From Euglena gracilis (lineage: Eukaryota), in contig CP154954.1 of NCBI GenBank assembly GCA_039621445.1, positions 27,516,123 through 27,580,122 of the forward strand: a stretch of 64,000 nucleotides of DNA, read 5' to 3'. The position numbers and the translations under genes are program-made. Every line of letters begins with the position of its first letter. The first letter of the stretch is position 1. This document shows positions 60,901 through 64,000 of the stretch, piece after piece. The notes below the pieces were generated by a model. The model was not told the DNA's origin. It ran no database searches and was given only the letters and a program-made list of their open reading frames with translations.

Positions 60901-63900
60901 AAGAAAAACATGCGTGAATGTTGGTTGCAAGAAATGAGCAGATTTAGATGGGTGCATTCGACCATTCCGGGGGACATTTACCAGGTCAGCCCAGGTTACC
61001 ATGTAAAAATGGACCAAATTGGGCCTTACTCCGAGTTACCGAATGGGTGTTCCAGGAGGCCTCCAAAGTCAGGGGACCCGTTGGTTTCATGATTGTCGTG
61101 GTTTAATGGTAAGAAAAACATGCAGCGGGAAGGTTGGTTGCAAGAAATGAGCAGATTTAGATGGGTGCATTCGACCATTCCGGGGGACATTTACCAGGTC
61201 AGCCCAGGTTACCATGTAAAAATGGACCAAATTGGGCCTTACTCCGAGTAACCGAATGGGTGTTCCAGGAGGCCTCCAAAGTCAGGGGACCCGTTGGTTT
61301 CATGATTGTCGTGGTTTAATGGTAAGAAAAACATGCAGCCGGAAGGTTGGTTGCAAGAAATGAGCAGATTTAGATGGGTGCATTCGACCATTCCGGGGGA
61401 CATTTACCAGGTCAGCCCAGGTTACCATGTAAAAATGGACCAAATTGGGCCTTACTCCGAGTTACCGAATGGGTGTTCCAGGAGGCCTCCAAAGTCAGGG
61501 GACCGTTGGTTTCATGATTGTCGTGGTTTAATGGTAAGAAAAAAATGCAGCGGGAAGGTTGGTTGCAAGAAATGAGCAGATTTAGATGGGTGCATTCGAC
61601 CATTCCGGGGGACATTTACCAGGTCAGCCCAGGTTACCATGTAAAAATGGACCAAATTGGGCCTTACTCCGAGTTACCTAATGGGTGTTCCAGGAGGCCT
61701 CCAAAGTCAGGGGACCCGTTGGTTTCATGATTGTCGTGGATTAATGGTAAGAAAAACAGACAGCTGGGCCTGCCTTAGCTTGGCCGTGGGCATCGCTTAT
61801 AGGACCGACCTCTCGGACACCCAGCCCATCAGGAGCAGCCAGAACGTTGGTTGCAAGAAATGAGCAGATTTAGATGGGTGCATTCGACCATTCCGGGGGA
61901 CATTTACCAGGTCAGCCCAGGTTACCATGTAAAAATGGACCAAATTGGGCCTTACTCCGAGTTACCGAATGGGTGTTCCAGGAGGCCTCCAAAGTCAGGG
62001 GACCCGTTGGTTTCATGATTGTCGTGGTTTAATGGTAAGAAAAACATGCAGCCGGAAGGTTGGTTGCAAAAAATGAGCACATTTAGATGGGTGCATTCGA
62101 CCATTCCGGGGGACATTTACCAGGTCAGCCCAGGTTACCATGTAAAAATGGACCAAATTGGGCCTTACTCCGAGTTAAGGAATGGGTGTTCCAGGAGGCC
62201 TCCAAAGTCAGGGGACCCGTTGGTTTCATGATTGTCGTGGTTTAATGGTAAGAAAACATGCAGCGGGAATGTTGGTTGCAAGAAATGAGCACATTTAGAT
62301 GGGTGCATTCGACCATTCCGGGGGACATTTACCAGGTCAGCCCAGGTTACCATGTAAAAATGGACCAAATTGGGCCTTACTCCGAGTAACCGAATGGGTG
62401 TTCCAGGAGGCCTCCAAAGTCAGGGGACCCGTTGGTTTCATGATTGTCGTGGTTTAATGGTAAGAAAAACATGCAGCGGGAATGTTGGTTGCAAGAAATG
62501 AGCACATTTCGATGGGTGCATTCGACCATTCCGGGGGACATTTACCAGGTCAGCCCAGGTTACCACGTAAAAATGGACCAAATTGGGCCTTACTCCGAGT
62601 AACCGAATGGGTGTTCCAGGAGGCCTCCAAAGTCAGGGGACCCGTTGGTTTCATGATTGTCGTGGTTTAATGGTAAGAAAGACATGCAGCCGGAAGGTTG
62701 GTTGCAAGAAATGAGCAGATTTAGATGGGTGCATTCGACCATTCCGGGGGACATTTACCAGGTCAGCCCAGGTTACCATGTAAAAATGGACCAAATTGGG
62801 CCTTACTCCGAGTTACCTAATGGGTGTTCCAGGAGGCCTCCAAAGTCAGGGGACCCGTTGGTTTCATGATTGTCGTGGTTTAATGGTAAGAAAAACATGC
62901 AGCGGGAATGTTGGTTGCAAGAAATGAGCACATTTCGATGGGTGCATTCGACCATTCCGGGGGACATTTACCAGGTCAGCCCAGGTTACCACGTAAAAAT
63001 GGACCAAATTGGGCCTTACTCCGAGTAACCGAATGGGTGTTCCAGGAGGCCTCCAAAGTCAGGGGACCCGTTGGTTTCATGATTGTCGTGGTTTAATGGT
63101 AAGAAAGACATGCAGCCGGAAGGTTGGTTGCAAGAAATGAGCAGATTTAGATGGGTGCATTCGACCATTCCGGGGGACATTTACCAGGTCAGCCCAGGTT
63201 ACCATGTAAAAATGGACCAAATTGGGCCTTACTCCGAGTTACCTAATGGGTGTTCCAGGAGGCCTCCAAAGTCAGGGGACCCATTGGTTTCATGATTGTT
63301 GTGGTTTAATGGTAAGAAAAACATGCAGCGGGAATGTCGGTTGCAAGAAATGAGCAGATTTAGATGGGTGCATTCGACCATTCCGGGTGACATTTACCAG
63401 GTCAGCCCAGGTTACCATGTAAAAATGGACCAAATTGGGCCTTACTCCGAGTAACCGAATGGGTGTTCCAGGAGGCCTCCAAAGTCAGGGGACCCGTTGG
63501 TTTCATGATCGTCGTGGTTTAATGGTAAGAAAAACATGCAGCCGGAAGGTTGGTTGCAAGAAATGAGCAGATTTAGATGGGTGCATTCGACCATTCCGGG
63601 GGACATTTACCAGGTCAGCCCAGGTTACCATGTAAAAATGGACCAAATTGGGCCTTACTCCGAGTTACCGAATGGGTGTTCCAGGAGGCCTCCAAAGTCA
63701 GGGGACCCGTTGGTTTCATGATCGTCGTGGATTAATGGTAAGAAAAACATGCAGCCGGAAGGTTGGTTGCAAGAAATGAGCAGATTTAGATGGGTGCATG
63801 CGACCATTCCGGGGGACATTTACCAGGTCATCCCAGGTTACCATGTAAAAATGGACCAAATTGGGCCTTACTCCGAGTAACCGAATGGGTGTTCCAGGAG

Positions 63901-64000
63901 GCCTCCAAAGTCAGGGGACCCGTTGGTTTCATGATCGTCGTGGTTTAATTGTAAGAGAAACATGCAGCCGGAAGGTTGGTTGCAAGAAATGAGCAGATTT
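54988..64000. repeat. 213-bp tandem satellite, ~42 highly similar copies, running off the window end
   Basis: CCGAATGGGTG at 55110, 55323, and onward at ~213-bp spacing; one copy has a ~37-bp deletion (~60813), one a 76-bp insert (61759). Confidence 0.97.

Noticed and set aside
54988-64000. 213-bp unit as CRISPR array, repeat protein, SL-RNA/5S or snoRNA cluster
   Set aside because: No unique spacers or cas genes; stops recur in the 71-codon frame; no recognisable SL, 5S or RTGATGA/CTGA box arrangement.

Overview
Eukaryotic, repeat-rich genomic DNA whose intron style points to a euglenid (Euglena-like; inference). Three + strand host genes are split into short GC-rich exons by a mix of GT-AG, GC-AG and non-conventional introns (terminal base-pairing, CAG at +4, CTG at -8). 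They encode a GT-A-like uncharacterised protein (~0.5-10.9 kb), a C2H2/CCHC zinc-finger protein (11.9-30.3 kb) and a CID-domain protein (33.0-53.2 kb). Their introns hold many MITEs, a 4.1-kb hAT transposon with two nested MITEs, and a 16.4-kb TA-flanked TIR element into which a ~11.9-kb APE-RT-RNase H non-LTR retrotransposon has inserted. The last 9 kb is a 213-bp satellite. Two observations stand out. (1) The non-conventional intron geometry (3 nt before CAG + 5 nt after CTG = 8 nt) equals the 8-bp TSD of the local CAG..CTG/CAT..ATG elements, so such insertions would be spliced out scarlessly. (2) The retrotransposon's ORF1 appears itself to be interrupted by non-conventional introns. Exon models were read by eye and are partial.
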